From: an uncultured Verrucomicrobiae bacterium
GTDB lineage: Bacteria; Chlamydiota; Chlamydiia; Chlamydiales; Rhabdochlamydiaceae
Assembly: GCA_963806855.1 (NCBI GenBank)
Contig: CAWDYW010000003.1
Coordinates: 672,001 to 736,000, forward strand
Direction of reading: 5' to 3'
DNA: 64,000 bases
Of the stretch, positions 1-9,562 are shown piece by piece. Below the pieces are notes generated by a model, which saw nothing but the letters and a program-made list of their open reading frames with translations, had not been told where the DNA came from and searched no databases. Position numbers and translations under genes: made by a program. Position 1 is the first letter of the stretch, and each line of letters opens with the position of its first letter.

Positions 1-106
1 TTGATTTTTCTGTCTTTAGTGCTATTCTATTGTGATTCTTGTGACAGGCGTGACTCAGGGAGAGCAAGTGTCACAAACTGCGCTAGGCAATCAAGAGAGA
101 ACTTGG

Positions 107-910
107 ATGGCAAAAAGTAAAAAAACTGTTTCCAAGAAGCAAGGCGTTGCTTCCGCAGACTATGCCAAGTTTGTGACCCAGCTTAAGAAAAAGATACGGT
201 CCGCTCAATTCAAAGCCAGTTTAGCTGTGAATCGAGAACTTATTCGCTTGTATTGGGATATAGGCAAGGAAATTGTCGAAAGACAAGAAAAAGACGGTTG
301 GGGTTCTAGTGTAATAGATAGAATAGCAAAGGATATTCAGAATGAATTCGCAGGCATCGAAGGGTTCTCTAGGACGAATATGGGTAGGATGAGAGCATTT
401 TACCTGGCCTATTCAATTTCCCCACAAGCTGTGGGTAAATTAGAAGAACTGCCCATTTTCAATATCCCATGGGGACATAACATAGCTATATTTGAAGGGG
501 TTAAGTTCTTGGATGAGCGCCTTTGGTATGCTAATATGGTCATTCAAGAAGGCTGGTCCCGCAATGCATTGATGGATTCTATTAAAATAAAAACTTATCA
601 ACGACACGGCAAAGCGATTACCAATTTCCACGACAGATTGCCTAACCCATATTCACAACTAGCTCATGATACTCTAAAAGACCCTTATAACTTTGATTTT
701 CTCGAGTTGGCTAGAGAGCATATTGAAAAGGATCTAGAAGATGGGTTGCTCAAGCATGTTGAGAAGTTTTTATGTGCATTAGGACAGGGATTTTCCTTTG
801 TCGGAAGGCAGGTGAATTTAGTAGCATGCTTCACTCATTTCGCGCTTGATGGATGTCGGAATGGCAGATGCCGCAGAAGAGGATTTTCACTTTTAGAAAG
901 CCGTTTATAA
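107..910 (+). pseudogene. YhcG/DUF1016 family PD-(D/E)XK nuclease gene, 3'-truncated
   Basis: Motifs VNRELIRLYWDIG, GWG, GFS, IPWGHN and LKDPYNFDFL. Family-like sequence stops after GFSFVGRQ (~810), before the catalytic region. ATG at 107 preferred over the ORF-track start at 32. Confidence 0.85.
831..896 (-). pseudogene. Shard of a Zn-dependent alcohol dehydrogenase gene
   Basis: Minus strand reads LKVKILFCGICHSDIHQARNE*, the CGxCHSD Zn-binding motif; the usual following Trp codon is TGA. Confidence 0.75.
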
Positions 911-1525
911 ATCGAACCAATACACAGTATTGAAACTGCGAATCATTGCTAATTCTTCCCAAGAGATTCGGTTTTCACTAACATAGAACCACAATTCATC
1001 GGTAATAGGCATTGCTAGATAAAAGTTACAACCTGGTTGAACTGTTAGCAACCATTCATTAGAAAGCCAGATTTGGCAATAGTCACTGGTCCCTAAACAT
1101 TTCCCATTTTCCGAATAAATCTTACCGTTACTGTTTCCATCCCATGCTTTTTTGCCATTGCTGTGATAGACAGCGTCATATTTTGATCCGCCCCATGCTT
1201 TTTTGCCATTGCTGTGATAGAAAGCGCTATATTTCCCGCCCCATGCTTTTTGGCCATTGCTGTGATAGATATCGCTATATTGCCCGCCCCAAGCTTTTTT
1301 GCCATTACTGTGATAGACAGCGCTATATTTCGATCCGTCCCATGCTTTTTCGCCATTGCTGTGATAGATGGCGCTAGACTCGTATCCAACCCCTGCATAG
1401 ATGGCGGGAGACTTACATCCATCCCATGATAGTTGACCATTGCTGTGATAATATGCTTTCGAGATTAACAAGGAGGGGAGTAAAATAGCATTGAGTATAA
1501 AGAGCAAGAACATCTTTTTTCGCAT
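905..1525 (-). CDS. Exported repeat protein with 6-7 YHSNGxxxWxG units (MORN-variant-like)
   Basis: Signal-peptide-like start MRKKMFLLFILNAILLPSLLISKA; 17-18 aa repeats, also visible as DNA repeats at ~1140-1450. Confidence 0.75.
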   Translation of the reverse strand: MRKKMFLLFILNAILLPSLLISKAYYHSNGQLSWDGCKSPAIYAGVGYESSAIYHSNGEKAWDGSKYSAVYHSNGKKAWGGQYSDIYHSNGQKAWGGKYSAFYHSNGKKAWGGSKYDAVYHSNGKKAWDGNSNGKIYSENGKCLGTSDYCQIWLSNEWLLTVQPGCNFYLAMPITDELWFYVSENRISWEELAMIRSFNTVYWFDL

Positions 1526-1662
1526 GAATGAAAACTCCTTCAACATTTTGACAGAAATAGTAGAATTGTATTCGATTTTTTTTTTATCAGTCAAGGGTTT
1601 TAGATGAACAATCTATAGCTCAGTTCTACGCTCAAGAGCAATGCCTCGCAGTCCCCTGGCAA

Positions 1663-1757
1663 ACTCTTGGGTTGGCCAAGGACTCGAGATTCGACTCTCT
1701 CCACCTCCAAATAAAAGGGCAATCCGAAGATTGCCTTTTTATTTGGAGGTGGAGAGA
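1663..1757. repeat. Distal copy of the tmRNA 3'-end/terminator/antisense-arm unit (att-like)
   Basis: Near-identical to 4351-4449; differs in A-tract length and two bases. Confidence 0.9.
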
Positions 1758-1884
1758 TGCTATTGCAGAACTTTTCGGTGGGAAAAATTTAATCTATCAG
1801 CTTGCATTTTTGCAAAAAAAATTTGCAGTGAAACAAAATCTAAAAACAGATATCATCTGCTATTTCTTAATGGTTTAATGTAGA

Positions 1885-2610
1885 ATGAATAAGCGCTTTA
1901 AAGTGATATGTGTTTTGCTTGGTTTAAGTATATTGCCAGCAAAAATTATTGCTGCGGATAGAGGGTTCTCAGAACTTAGACCACAACCAGGCAAACTTAT
2001 TATTCTTAATGGAGGCTCAAGTGCAGGTAAGACGAGCCTTGCAAAGGCATTTCAATCAATTTCTGATGAAACTTTTCTGTTAATGGGTATCGACCTGTTT
2101 TGGTTTACGCTTCCGCCCAAGCAAACAGATTTACAAAAAGTGGAACCGGAATATTATTCTTGGGCAATCGAGGAGTCTGATGGAAAGCCAGTGTTCCATA
2201 TCTTACCAGGGCCTATTTTAGATCAACTAATGATCGGTAGATATCAGGCGATCGCAGCATATTTGCAGTTGGGTTTTAATGTGATTGCCGATGATGTAAT
2301 ATGGAAGCGTTTGTGGCTGGAAGAATGCTTGAAAGCGATTGAACCTTATCAAACTTTTTTCATTCATGTGTATTGTAGCGATGAGGAAGGATCACGGCGT
2401 GAACAGTTGAGGGGAGATCGATATCCTGGCTGGCATCGTGGTTCTGCTTACTACTCGAATTCCGATGCAATTTATGATTTGGAGATAGACACGTCAATAG
2501 ATTGCCCCGAGACATGTGCAGCCAAGTTGAAAGCAGCATTAAAAGATGGTCTGAAGCCCACGGCCGTCATAAAAATGCACAAGCTTATGAGACCTGCTTT
2601 ATCGGGATAA
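1885..2610 (+). CDS. Chloramphenicol phosphotransferase (CPT)-like P-loop kinase with signal-like N-terminus
   Basis: IILNGGSSAGKT Walker A, NVIADD, RREQLRGDR and YDLEIDTS motifs. Confidence 0.8.
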   Translation: MNKRFKVICVLLGLSILPAKIIAADRGFSELRPQPGKLIILNGGSSAGKTSLAKAFQSISDETFLLMGIDLFWFTLPPKQTDLQKVEPEYYSWAIEESDGKPVFHILPGPILDQLMIGRYQAIAAYLQLGFNVIADDVIWKRLWLEECLKAIEPYQTFFIHVYCSDEEGSRREQLRGDRYPGWHRGSAYYSNSDAIYDLEIDTSIDCPETCAAKLKAALKDGLKPTAVIKMHKLMRPALSG

Positions 2611-2759
2611 ATTCTGGAGATGGGTAATCTCCAACCTAAAGGACAATTTCTATAGATAAAAACAGACAAAAACAAGGCGTTGTTGTTCTGAATTACGCAA
2701 TTTTTACGCATTTCAAAAGAGATTACACCCGCTCATCTATTGTCAAAATGTTTGATATC

Positions 2760-3509
2760 TTAGACATTCATTGAAAGAGCTATGGAATGTCCCCCATCCA
2801 CCGTCAATATTTGTCCTGTTATCCAGGAAGATTCTTCTGTTGCAAGAAAAAGCGCAGCAGAAGCTTGATCACTGGGAAGTCCTGCTCGGCCAAGAGGAAT
2901 ATCTTTAAGAGCTGGATCAGTCTCGAAGCTTGCTTCATAAGGAGTATACCCTGGAGCAATAGCATTCACCCTAATTCGATGCTGTGCTAGCTCTAAAGCC
3001 ATGGTTTGCGTCAGCATGTTTAATGCAGCTTTACCCGATGCATGAGCAACTCGATTCAGCACCGGCCGTGTTCCGGAGATTGAAGAAATATTGATAATAT
3101 TTCCTCCCGTTTGCTTTTGTACCATTCCTTTTGCTACTAACTGGGAAAGGAAAAATGGCGTCATTAAAGTGACCTGCAACAATTGTTCAAAATCTTGAGG
3201 CTTTAAATCGAAAAAACCTAAAGTATTATAACCACCTGCATTGTTAACCAAGATATCTACCTGTCCTAAAATGTTTATGCTCTCTTGGTAAAATTGCTCT
3301 ATACCATTACATGTGGAAAAATCTGCATGCACAGCTTTGACAATCCCATTTACTTGCCGAATGGAGTGAGCTGTCTCTTCGGCTCCCTTTTTATCAGATC
3401 GGTAACTAATTACTAATTCAGCCCCCTCTTTAGCAAAGAGCAGAGCAATCCCTTTTCCAATACTGCGATTAGCTCCAGTCACAATGACTTTTTTTCCTTT
3501 TAATTTCAT
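2760..3509 (-). CDS. SDR family oxidoreductase (atypical HxxxK active site)
   Basis: TGANRSIG, ILVNNAG, RVNAIAPG and ITGQILTVDGG motifs. Confidence 0.9.
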   Translation of the reverse strand: MKLKGKKVIVTGANRSIGKGIALLFAKEGAELVISYRSDKKGAEETAHSIRQVNGIVKAVHADFSTCNGIEQFYQESINILGQVDILVNNAGGYNTLGFFDLKPQDFEQLLQVTLMTPFFLSQLVAKGMVQKQTGGNIINISSISGTRPVLNRVAHASGKAALNMLTQTMALELAQHRIRVNAIAPGYTPYEASFETDPALKDIPLGRAGLPSDQASAALFLATEESSWITGQILTVDGGHSIALSMNV

Positions 3510-3522
3510 GTTCGATCCTTAT

Positions 3523-4154
3523 TTAGGGCAAAGATTTGTCTTCTAGTTCTTGCTCATCGTGCTTATCTCTTAGGGTTAAAAAATCAAAGCAGTAGGGGTC
3601 TTTTAATGTTTGATGAGCTAAATCAGATTGCGGAGAGGGAAGGGTTATTTGAAAATTAGTGATGGCCTTTCCTTCTCGTTTATGAAGGCCGCTATCTAGC
3701 CAGTGCAATAAGACGTTTCGACTCCATCCATGTTCAATCGTTTTATGGGCATACCAGAGTCTGTCTTGGAGAGTTTCAAGCTTTTGAAGGAGAAGGATGT
3801 TATGACCCCATGGAATTTGGCCAACAACCTGTTGGCTAATTGCAAATTCTGGATATTCCTTTGCGAATTGAACCATATATTTGATATTTGTTAGAGAGAA
3901 TCCCTTCATCTCTGGAAAGGTGGATTTTAGGTCTTTGGCTAGATTTTCGATGGTCTTAGCGCCCCAGCCTTCATCCTTTTGTTTGAGATGAATTTTAGCA
4001 GCCTATTTCCCAATAAAGATTGAATGAGTTCGTGGTTTACGGCTAAAGCAGCTTTTACCTGAGAGGTTAAGATTTTTTCTTTAATCTCTTTGAAGAATGC
4101 TTTGTATTCTTTGAGGACTGTAGCTTGAACTTTTTCGATTGTATTAGATGACAT
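3523..4154 (-). pseudogene. YhcG/DUF1016 family gene, frameshifted and 3'-truncated
   Basis: ORF pieces 3939-4154 (AVNHEL) and 3523-3909 (GFS, IPWGHN, LKDPYCFDFL) are out of frame, with shifts at ~3995-4025. Ends at EQELED. Confidence 0.85.
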
Positions 4155-4286
4155 TTTGTTCTCTTTGTGTATACCGATTTTTGAATCAATTTCGGTGTAA
4201 GTCGAGGAGTGTAGCATGGAAATTCAAAAAATTAAATAGTTTTTACTGCATTTTCATCCTAGTACTTAAGTATTACCGAAAACAAA

Positions 4287-4312
4287 AGACTTCAGTCGTG
4301 AAACTGAAGCCT
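4287..4312 (-). terminator. Rho-independent terminator behind a displaced tmRNA 3' fragment
   Basis: Minus strand AGGCTTCAGT-loop-ACTGAAGTCT followed by a T-rich run. Confidence 0.6.
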
Positions 4313-4322
4313 TAATTTTGAT

Positions 4323-4350
4323 TGGAGGTGGAGAGGTCGGACTCTCGTCC
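4323..4350 (-). repeat. Degenerate direct copy of the last ~29 nt of tmRNA
   Basis: Minus strand GGACGAGAGTCCGACCTCTCCACCTCCA versus tmRNA GGACGAGAGTTCGACTCTCTCCACCTCCA. Confidence 0.85.
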
Positions 4351-4358
4351 ACTCTCGG

Positions 4359-4435
4359 GTTGGCCAAGGACTCGAGATTCGACTCTCTCCACCTCCAAAT
4401 AAAAAAAAGGGCAATCCGAAGATTGCCCTTTTATT
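4359..4435 (-). terminator. ssrA terminator (GGGCAATC-TTCG-GATTGCCC-T8) followed by an antisense copy of the tmRNA 3' end
   Basis: Hairpin at 4409-4428; 4359-4397 is an inverted copy of 4436-4473. Confidence 0.85.
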
Positions 4436-4818
4436 TGGAGGTGGAGAGAGTCGAACTCTCGTCCTTGGCCAACTCTGCATCAATGACTACACGCTTATCG
4501 TCTTCTATTTCGCAGTCGCTTCTGTTGGAAGACGCCCCACTTGGAAGCAACCCGCTCTTTGGTATCTCGAATCTCTTTTTCAAAAAGCTGAAAGAAAAGG
4601 ATCCACACCAGGATTATTGACAGTGATTCTAACGTGCCTGGTGCACATTAGGTCACCGAGGTGCTTAAACTATTAGGATTAAGCAGCCATTAATTCAGCA
4701 TCGCTGAATTCAGCAGTTTCATTGCCGTTTATCGTTTTGACAGTTTTTTTGAGAGGCCAACTGCCATCCTCTGCGTGCCACCAATGTTTCATTGCCTAGT
4801 CGAAACCGTTACACCCCC
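4436..4818 (-). ncRNA. ssrA: tmRNA
   Basis: 5' GGGGGTGTAACGGTTTCGAC; 3' GAGAGTTCGACTCTCTCCACCTCCA; internal tag frame ending in AA*. Confidence 0.97.
4679..4726 (-). other. tmRNA tag reading frame (A)GNETAEFSDAELMAA*
   Basis: Resume codon GGC follows ATAAAC; frame ends GCT GCT TAA. Confidence 0.85.
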
Positions 4819-4824
4819 ATAATC

Positions 4825-4853
4825 ATAATAACAAATTTTTCATTTTTTGTCCA
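4825..4853 (-). promoter_or_regulatory. Sigma70-type promoter of ssrA
   Basis: TGGACA-17 nt-TATTAT just upstream of the mature 5' end. Confidence 0.65.
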
Positions 4854-4966
4854 GCGCAGACGTTATTTTTTAAGTCGCTCTAAATCAGGTTGTTAAATTA
4901 GAGCCTTCTCTAAAAAAGACGCTTACCCTATAATCTTGCATTCTATATTACAAGAAGTTAGGTTCT

Positions 4967-5740
4967 ATGGCAAGCGCTGTTCATGCAATTGGGTTCTCTA
5001 CCTTCGTCGACCAATTCAGGGATACTCTCGATGAGTATTTACCTAAGTCGTCCAGCGGCTCTATGGTCGCCCTCCATTCCTCTGCCCTGATTCATACGGC
5101 TTATAATGTGCTCCGAAATGCTCACTACTCCTTTAAGGCTAAGGATTTTGGAGTCAATGATCTCTCTCACTTCCTCGCGTCGAGGGTTTCGTTTTTAGAA
5201 GGAGCTTTGATCTCGGCGGCCTCTACAGTGCACAATTTATTTTTCGCCCTAATTTATACAGTGGCAGCTATGGCAACTTTTGGTGTGGCTCAAAGCCTGG
5301 TGCGCGATTGCTATCATCATTGGATCAACTGTTACTATAGTTTCCTCACGACCACCTCGGGGCTCGCTAGTGTCATCACACCGCAATATGGATCCTATTT
5401 GAGTCTTGGGGTCTTTGTTCATGTGTTGAATTCCATTCTAAACGATTATAAGGATGACATCGGCAATAGAGAATCTGAACTTGTTGGACGAGTGAAAAAG
5501 ATTTTCAAGCAGTACTTTGATACAATCAATAACTGGGCTCGAAGCTATTATGACAACTATGAACCTGAAGTGAAGGATTCATTAGAGTGGTTGTTAGAAC
5601 AGGTTACTGAGGCCGAGGCAATCTTCTATAATCCAGATCAACCTGATGATATTTATCTTTTTGGGATTATTGATAAATTTTGGAAAAAGTTTCCTAAATT
5701 AAAGCCACTTTCAAAACATACTGATATCATCGAAGTCTAG
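4967..5740 (+). CDS. Hypothetical membrane protein
   Basis: 257-aa ORF with several hydrophobic segments; stop 5 nt before ileS. Confidence 0.7.
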   Translation: MASAVHAIGFSTFVDQFRDTLDEYLPKSSSGSMVALHSSALIHTAYNVLRNAHYSFKAKDFGVNDLSHFLASRVSFLEGALISAASTVHNLFFALIYTVAAMATFGVAQSLVRDCYHHWINCYYSFLTTTSGLASVITPQYGSYLSLGVFVHVLNSILNDYKDDIGNRESELVGRVKKIFKQYFDTINNWARSYYDNYEPEVKDSLEWLLEQVTEAEAIFYNPDQPDDIYLFGIIDKFWKKFPKLKPLSKHTDIIEV

Positions 5741-5745
5741 GACCC

Positions 5746-8700
5746 ATGTTTAAATTTGCTCAAAAAGAGTCTTTTCCTGCACGCGAGGAGCGCATTTTAG
5801 AATTTTGGCAGGGAGAGGACATTTTTCAAAAATCGCTGGCTGCTCGCAAAGCAGGGGATTGTTTTTCTTTTTACGATGGCCCCCCATTTGCGACCGGCTT
5901 GCCCCATTATGGCCACCTGCTCGCTGGGACGATCAAGGATGTGGTTCCCCGCTATAAGACGATGCAAGGGTACTATGTGCGGCGCCGTTTTGGATGGGAT
6001 TGCCACGGCCTTCCAGTGGAAAATGAGATCGAGAAGGCCAAGGAGCTGTCGGGCGGTCCCGAGATTGAGGCGTTCGGGATCGGCAAATTCAATGAAGAGT
6101 GCCGCAGCATCGTTTTGCGCTATACCGAGGAGTGGAAAACGACGGTTAACCGGATGGGTCGCTGGGTCGATTTTAGTCAAACGTACCAGACGATGGATGC
6201 GAGCTTCATGGAATCGGTCTGGTGGGTCTTTTCGCAGCTCTATGCCAAGGGACTTGTCTATGAAGGCTTCAAGGTGATGCCGTTTTCGGCAAAATTGGGG
6301 ACGCCGCTGTCGAATTTTGAAGCCAATCTCAATTACCGCGATGTCGACGATCCTTCGCTCACAGTGATGTTTCCACTCACTTCTGATCCACAAACGGCGC
6401 TGCTCATTTGGACGACAACTCCTTGGACCCTCCCGTCCAATTTGGCGGTCGCAGTGGGTCCTGAGATCGAATATGTGAAGATCAAGGTAAAGGGACGATT
6501 TTACATCATGGCAAAGGCTCGTCTTGGGGCCTATTTCAAGAGCGCAGATGAATATGAAATCGTCGAGACGATGCTCGGCAAGAGTTTAAAGGGCAAGCAC
6601 TATGAGCCGCCGTTTGATTATTTTGCTACAAGGCGAGAGGCGCGGGCTTTCCAGGTGCTGATCGATGATTTTGTCTCGACCGAAGATGGGACGGGCATTG
6701 TCCATATGGCCCCAGCGTTTGGCGAGGTGGACTTTTTCGCTTGCGCCAAGGCCGAAATCGAGCTGGTGTGTCCGGTCGATAGCAATGGAAAATTCACCAA
6801 AGATGTGGCCGACTTTGAGGGGCTCTTTGTCAAAGATGCCGACAAAGAGATCATCAAAAAGCTCAAAGATAAGGGGCTGGTCTTCCTCCATACCCAAATC
6901 CGGCACCGCTATCCATTTTGCTGGCGCTCCGACACGCCGCTGATCTATCGGGCCGTGCGCACCTGGTTTGTCGCGGTCGAAAAGATCAAGGATCGTCTGA
7001 TCGCCAATAATGAACTGATCCATTGGGTCCCTGAGCATATCAAAGAGGGGCGCTTTGGCAAGTGGCTCGAAAATGCGCGCGATTGGGCGATCTCGCGTAA
7101 CCGATATTGGGGGACGCCGATCCCAATTTGGCGCAGTGAGGATGGGGAGATTCTCGTCATCGGCAGCATCGCCGAGCTTGAGCTACGGACTGGCAAAAAA
7201 ATTGTCGATCTCCACCGCCACTTCATCGACGATCTCTCGTTTGTTGAAAATGGGAAGAAATTCAAACGGATCCCCGAGGTGTTCGACTGTTGGTTTGAGT
7301 CGGGATCGATGCCGTATGCCCAAAACCACTACCCATTTGAAAATAAAGAGCTGACGATGCGGGAGTTTCCTGCAGACTTCATCGCCGAAGGGCTCGACCA
7401 GACGCGCGGTTGGTTCTATACGCTGACGGTCCTGGCGACTGCTCTATTTGACAAGCCCGCCTTCCAAAATGTGATCGTCAATGGGATCATCTTGGCCGAA
7501 GATGGCAACAAGATGTCGAAGCGGCTGCGCAACTATCCCGATCCGCAAAAAGTGATCGACGAATTTGGGGCCGATGCCATCCGCCTCTTTCTGCTCGGCA
7601 GCCCCGCAGTAGAGGCTGAAGATTTGCGCTTCTCCGAAAAGGGTGTGGAGCATGGAATGCGGCAAGTGCTGATCCCACTCTGGAACTCCTTTGTCTTCCT
7701 CTCCACCTACGCTAACATCTACAATTGGGAGCCTTCTCAGGCCCATCCTCCGGCCACAGATATCGACCGCTGGATCGTTTCCTGCGTCCAAAAACTGATC
7801 GAGGATGTCACCACAGCGATGGAAAGCTATGAACTCAATAAAGCGGTGACCCCCTTTGTCGGGTTCGTCGATGCGCTGACCAACTGGTACATCCGCAGGT
7901 GCCGCTCCCGCTTCTGGGCCGATGACGATTCGCCAGATAGAAGAGCAGCTTTCTCGACCCTCTACTCAGTGCTGATCACCCTCTCGAAAGTGATCGCCCC
8001 GTTCCTCCCGTTCATTTCGGAAGCGATCTACCTTCAATTGCGCCAGGAAGGCGATCCCGAGTCGGTTCATCTGTGCGATTATCCCAAAGCCGATCCCGCC
8101 TTGCGCGATAGTGAACTTGAACAAGAGATGAATGCGACTCAGATCGTCGTCAGCAATGCCCATGCGCTGCGCAAAGAATATAAACTGAAAGTGCGTCAAC
8201 CGCTCAAGATGGCCCACGTGATCGTCGTCGACGAGGCGCTGCTCAAAGCTTTAAAGCGACAGGAGCAACTGATCGCCGAAGAGCTCAATGTGCATTCGGT
8301 TTCTTTCTCTGATGATGAGTCGGCCTTTGTCAAGTTGATCTGCAAACCCAATTTTAGAGTGCTCGGCAAAAAAGTGGGCCCTAAAATGAAAGCCGCTCAA
8401 GCAGTGATCGGCGCATTTAACCATCGGCAAATGATGACCCTACAGAGTGGAGGCAATCTGTCGATCGAGGTCGAAGGGGAGACGATCGAATTGACTCCAG
8501 AAGATGTGGCAGTCGAGCGAGAGGTGCGCGAGGGGCTCGTCGCCCGCTCGGAGCAGGGGATTACGGTCGCACTCGACACCGAACTCAATGAGCAGCTGCT
8601 AATCGAGGGGATTGCCCGCGAAATCATCAATAAAATTAACACGATGCGACGCGATAGCGGCTTCTTCGTCACCGATCGGATTCAGATCACCATGCAGACG

Positions 8701-8850
8701 ACAGAGCGAGCTAAAGAGGCGTTTAAAGCCCACCGCGACCTGATCATGCACGAAGTGCTTGGAACCGAAATCCTCTTCGAGCCCTGCGAGGGGACCGAGT
8801 GGGATCTCAACGGCGAAAAGACGATCATTTCCTTGAAAACAGTCGTTTAA
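5746..8850 (+). CDS. ileS: Isoleucine--tRNA ligase (type 2)
   Basis: DGPPFATGLPHYGH, GWDCHGLP, WTTTPWTLP, EGLDQTRGWF and KMSKR motifs. Confidence 0.99.
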   Translation: MFKFAQKESFPAREERILEFWQGEDIFQKSLAARKAGDCFSFYDGPPFATGLPHYGHLLAGTIKDVVPRYKTMQGYYVRRRFGWDCHGLPVENEIEKAKELSGGPEIEAFGIGKFNEECRSIVLRYTEEWKTTVNRMGRWVDFSQTYQTMDASFMESVWWVFSQLYAKGLVYEGFKVMPFSAKLGTPLSNFEANLNYRDVDDPSLTVMFPLTSDPQTALLIWTTTPWTLPSNLAVAVGPEIEYVKIKVKGRFYIMAKARLGAYFKSADEYEIVETMLGKSLKGKHYEPPFDYFATRREARAFQVLIDDFVSTEDGTGIVHMAPAFGEVDFFACAKAEIELVCPVDSNGKFTKDVADFEGLFVKDADKEIIKKLKDKGLVFLHTQIRHRYPFCWRSDTPLIYRAVRTWFVAVEKIKDRLIANNELIHWVPEHIKEGRFGKWLENARDWAISRNRYWGTPIPIWRSEDGEILVIGSIAELELRTGKKIVDLHRHFIDDLSFVENGKKFKRIPEVFDCWFESGSMPYAQNHYPFENKELTMREFPADFIAEGLDQTRGWFYTLTVLATALFDKPAFQNVIVNGIILAEDGNKMSKRLRNYPDPQKVIDEFGADAIRLFLLGSPAVEAEDLRFSEKGVEHGMRQVLIPLWNSFVFLSTYANIYNWEPSQAHPPATDIDRWIVSCVQKLIEDVTTAMESYELNKAVTPFVGFVDALTNWYIRRCRSRFWADDDSPDRRAAFSTLYSVLITLSKVIAPFLPFISEAIYLQLRQEGDPESVHLCDYPKADPALRDSELEQEMNATQIVVSNAHALRKEYKLKVRQPLKMAHVIVVDEALLKALKRQEQLIAEELNVHSVSFSDDESAFVKLICKPNFRVLGKKVGPKMKAAQAVIGAFNHRQMMTLQSGGNLSIEVEGETIELTPEDVAVEREVREGLVARSEQGITVALDTELNEQLLIEGIAREIINKINTMRRDSGFFVTDRIQITMQTTERAKEAFKAHRDLIMHEVLGTEILFEPCEGTEWDLNGEKTIISLKTVV

Positions 8851-9418
8851 GTAGAGAAACTTTATTGAGCTTCTTCTCCAAATAGAGAATGTTTGGATGA
8901 TGGGGCTCGAGCTCTTTGGCCGTTTTGAAATAGTGTAGCGCCTTTTCCCGATTCTTTTGAGCCAGAAAGTAGTAGCTCATCATGATCAAGAACCCCCGAA
9001 ACTCACTCGTGTGATAGACCACTTTTCCAGGGTAGAGCTCCTGCAGATTGAAACTTGGAAAAATCTCTGCCACTTTGCCTAATTTTTTCCTCCGGATGCA
9101 CTGATCGGCATAGTTGACGCGCGCGAAGAGATAGCCGGGATTATTCAAGTAGGTACTCTCGATCAGCTTTTCCGCTTCGGCGACCCGGTAGTTTTGGATG
9201 TGGGCAAAGGTGAGCATATTGATCACTTCGGGCACATTGGCATGCGTAGCGCAAAATTCTTGCACCTCTTTGTAGACAGCCCGCGGTTTGATCTGGATCT
9301 GCTGCAATAGCTCTAAATACCGCTGCAGTTCTGGAGCAGATAAACTTGAGCGTAGCGCATCGGGCATCGCCTCAAACGATACCTGGTACAAGTTGTTTTC
9401 GAAGAGAATCTGTTGCAT
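8825..9418 (-). CDS. TPR-like helical protein
   Basis: 197 aa with helical-repeat patterns (ALHYFKTAKELEPHHP); convergent overlap with ileS. Confidence 0.65.
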   Translation of the reverse strand: MQQILFENNLYQVSFEAMPDALRSSLSAPELQRYLELLQQIQIKPRAVYKEVQEFCATHANVPEVINMLTFAHIQNYRVAEAEKLIESTYLNNPGYLFARVNYADQCIRRKKLGKVAEIFPSFNLQELYPGKVVYHTSEFRGFLIMMSYYFLAQKNREKALHYFKTAKELEPHHPNILYLEKKLNKVSLLKRLFSRK

Positions 9419-9562
9419 TCCATAAGGCTAGCACATTTTTCGTTTGTGGGAAATGGGGAGAAAAATTTAAAATTGATACCCAAACAACGTGAAAAGTTGA
9501 TTTTTGGCTTTGTTGGCTTGGCAACAAATTTTGAGTCTTCACTCGAGCCTTGTTCTAGAACA

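Noticed and set aside
1093..1440. Alternative-frame repeat ORFs (SITAMAKKHG, MLFCHCCDR)
   Set aside because: Shadows of the YHSNG repeat gene, which has a signal-like start and unique flanks.
1613..1709. Functional tRNA gene
   Set aside because: The acceptor stem cannot pair and the anticodon arm is irregular; kept only as a tRNA-like finding.
4292..4620. ORFs 4292-4483 and 4318-4620 (and 1641-1883)
   Set aside because: They overlap tmRNA and its repeats and show no protein features.
5746..8850. Type-2 IleRS as an acquired mupirocin-resistance gene
   Set aside because: Type-2 IleRS is the normal housekeeping form in chlamydiae, and here it sits in a core context.
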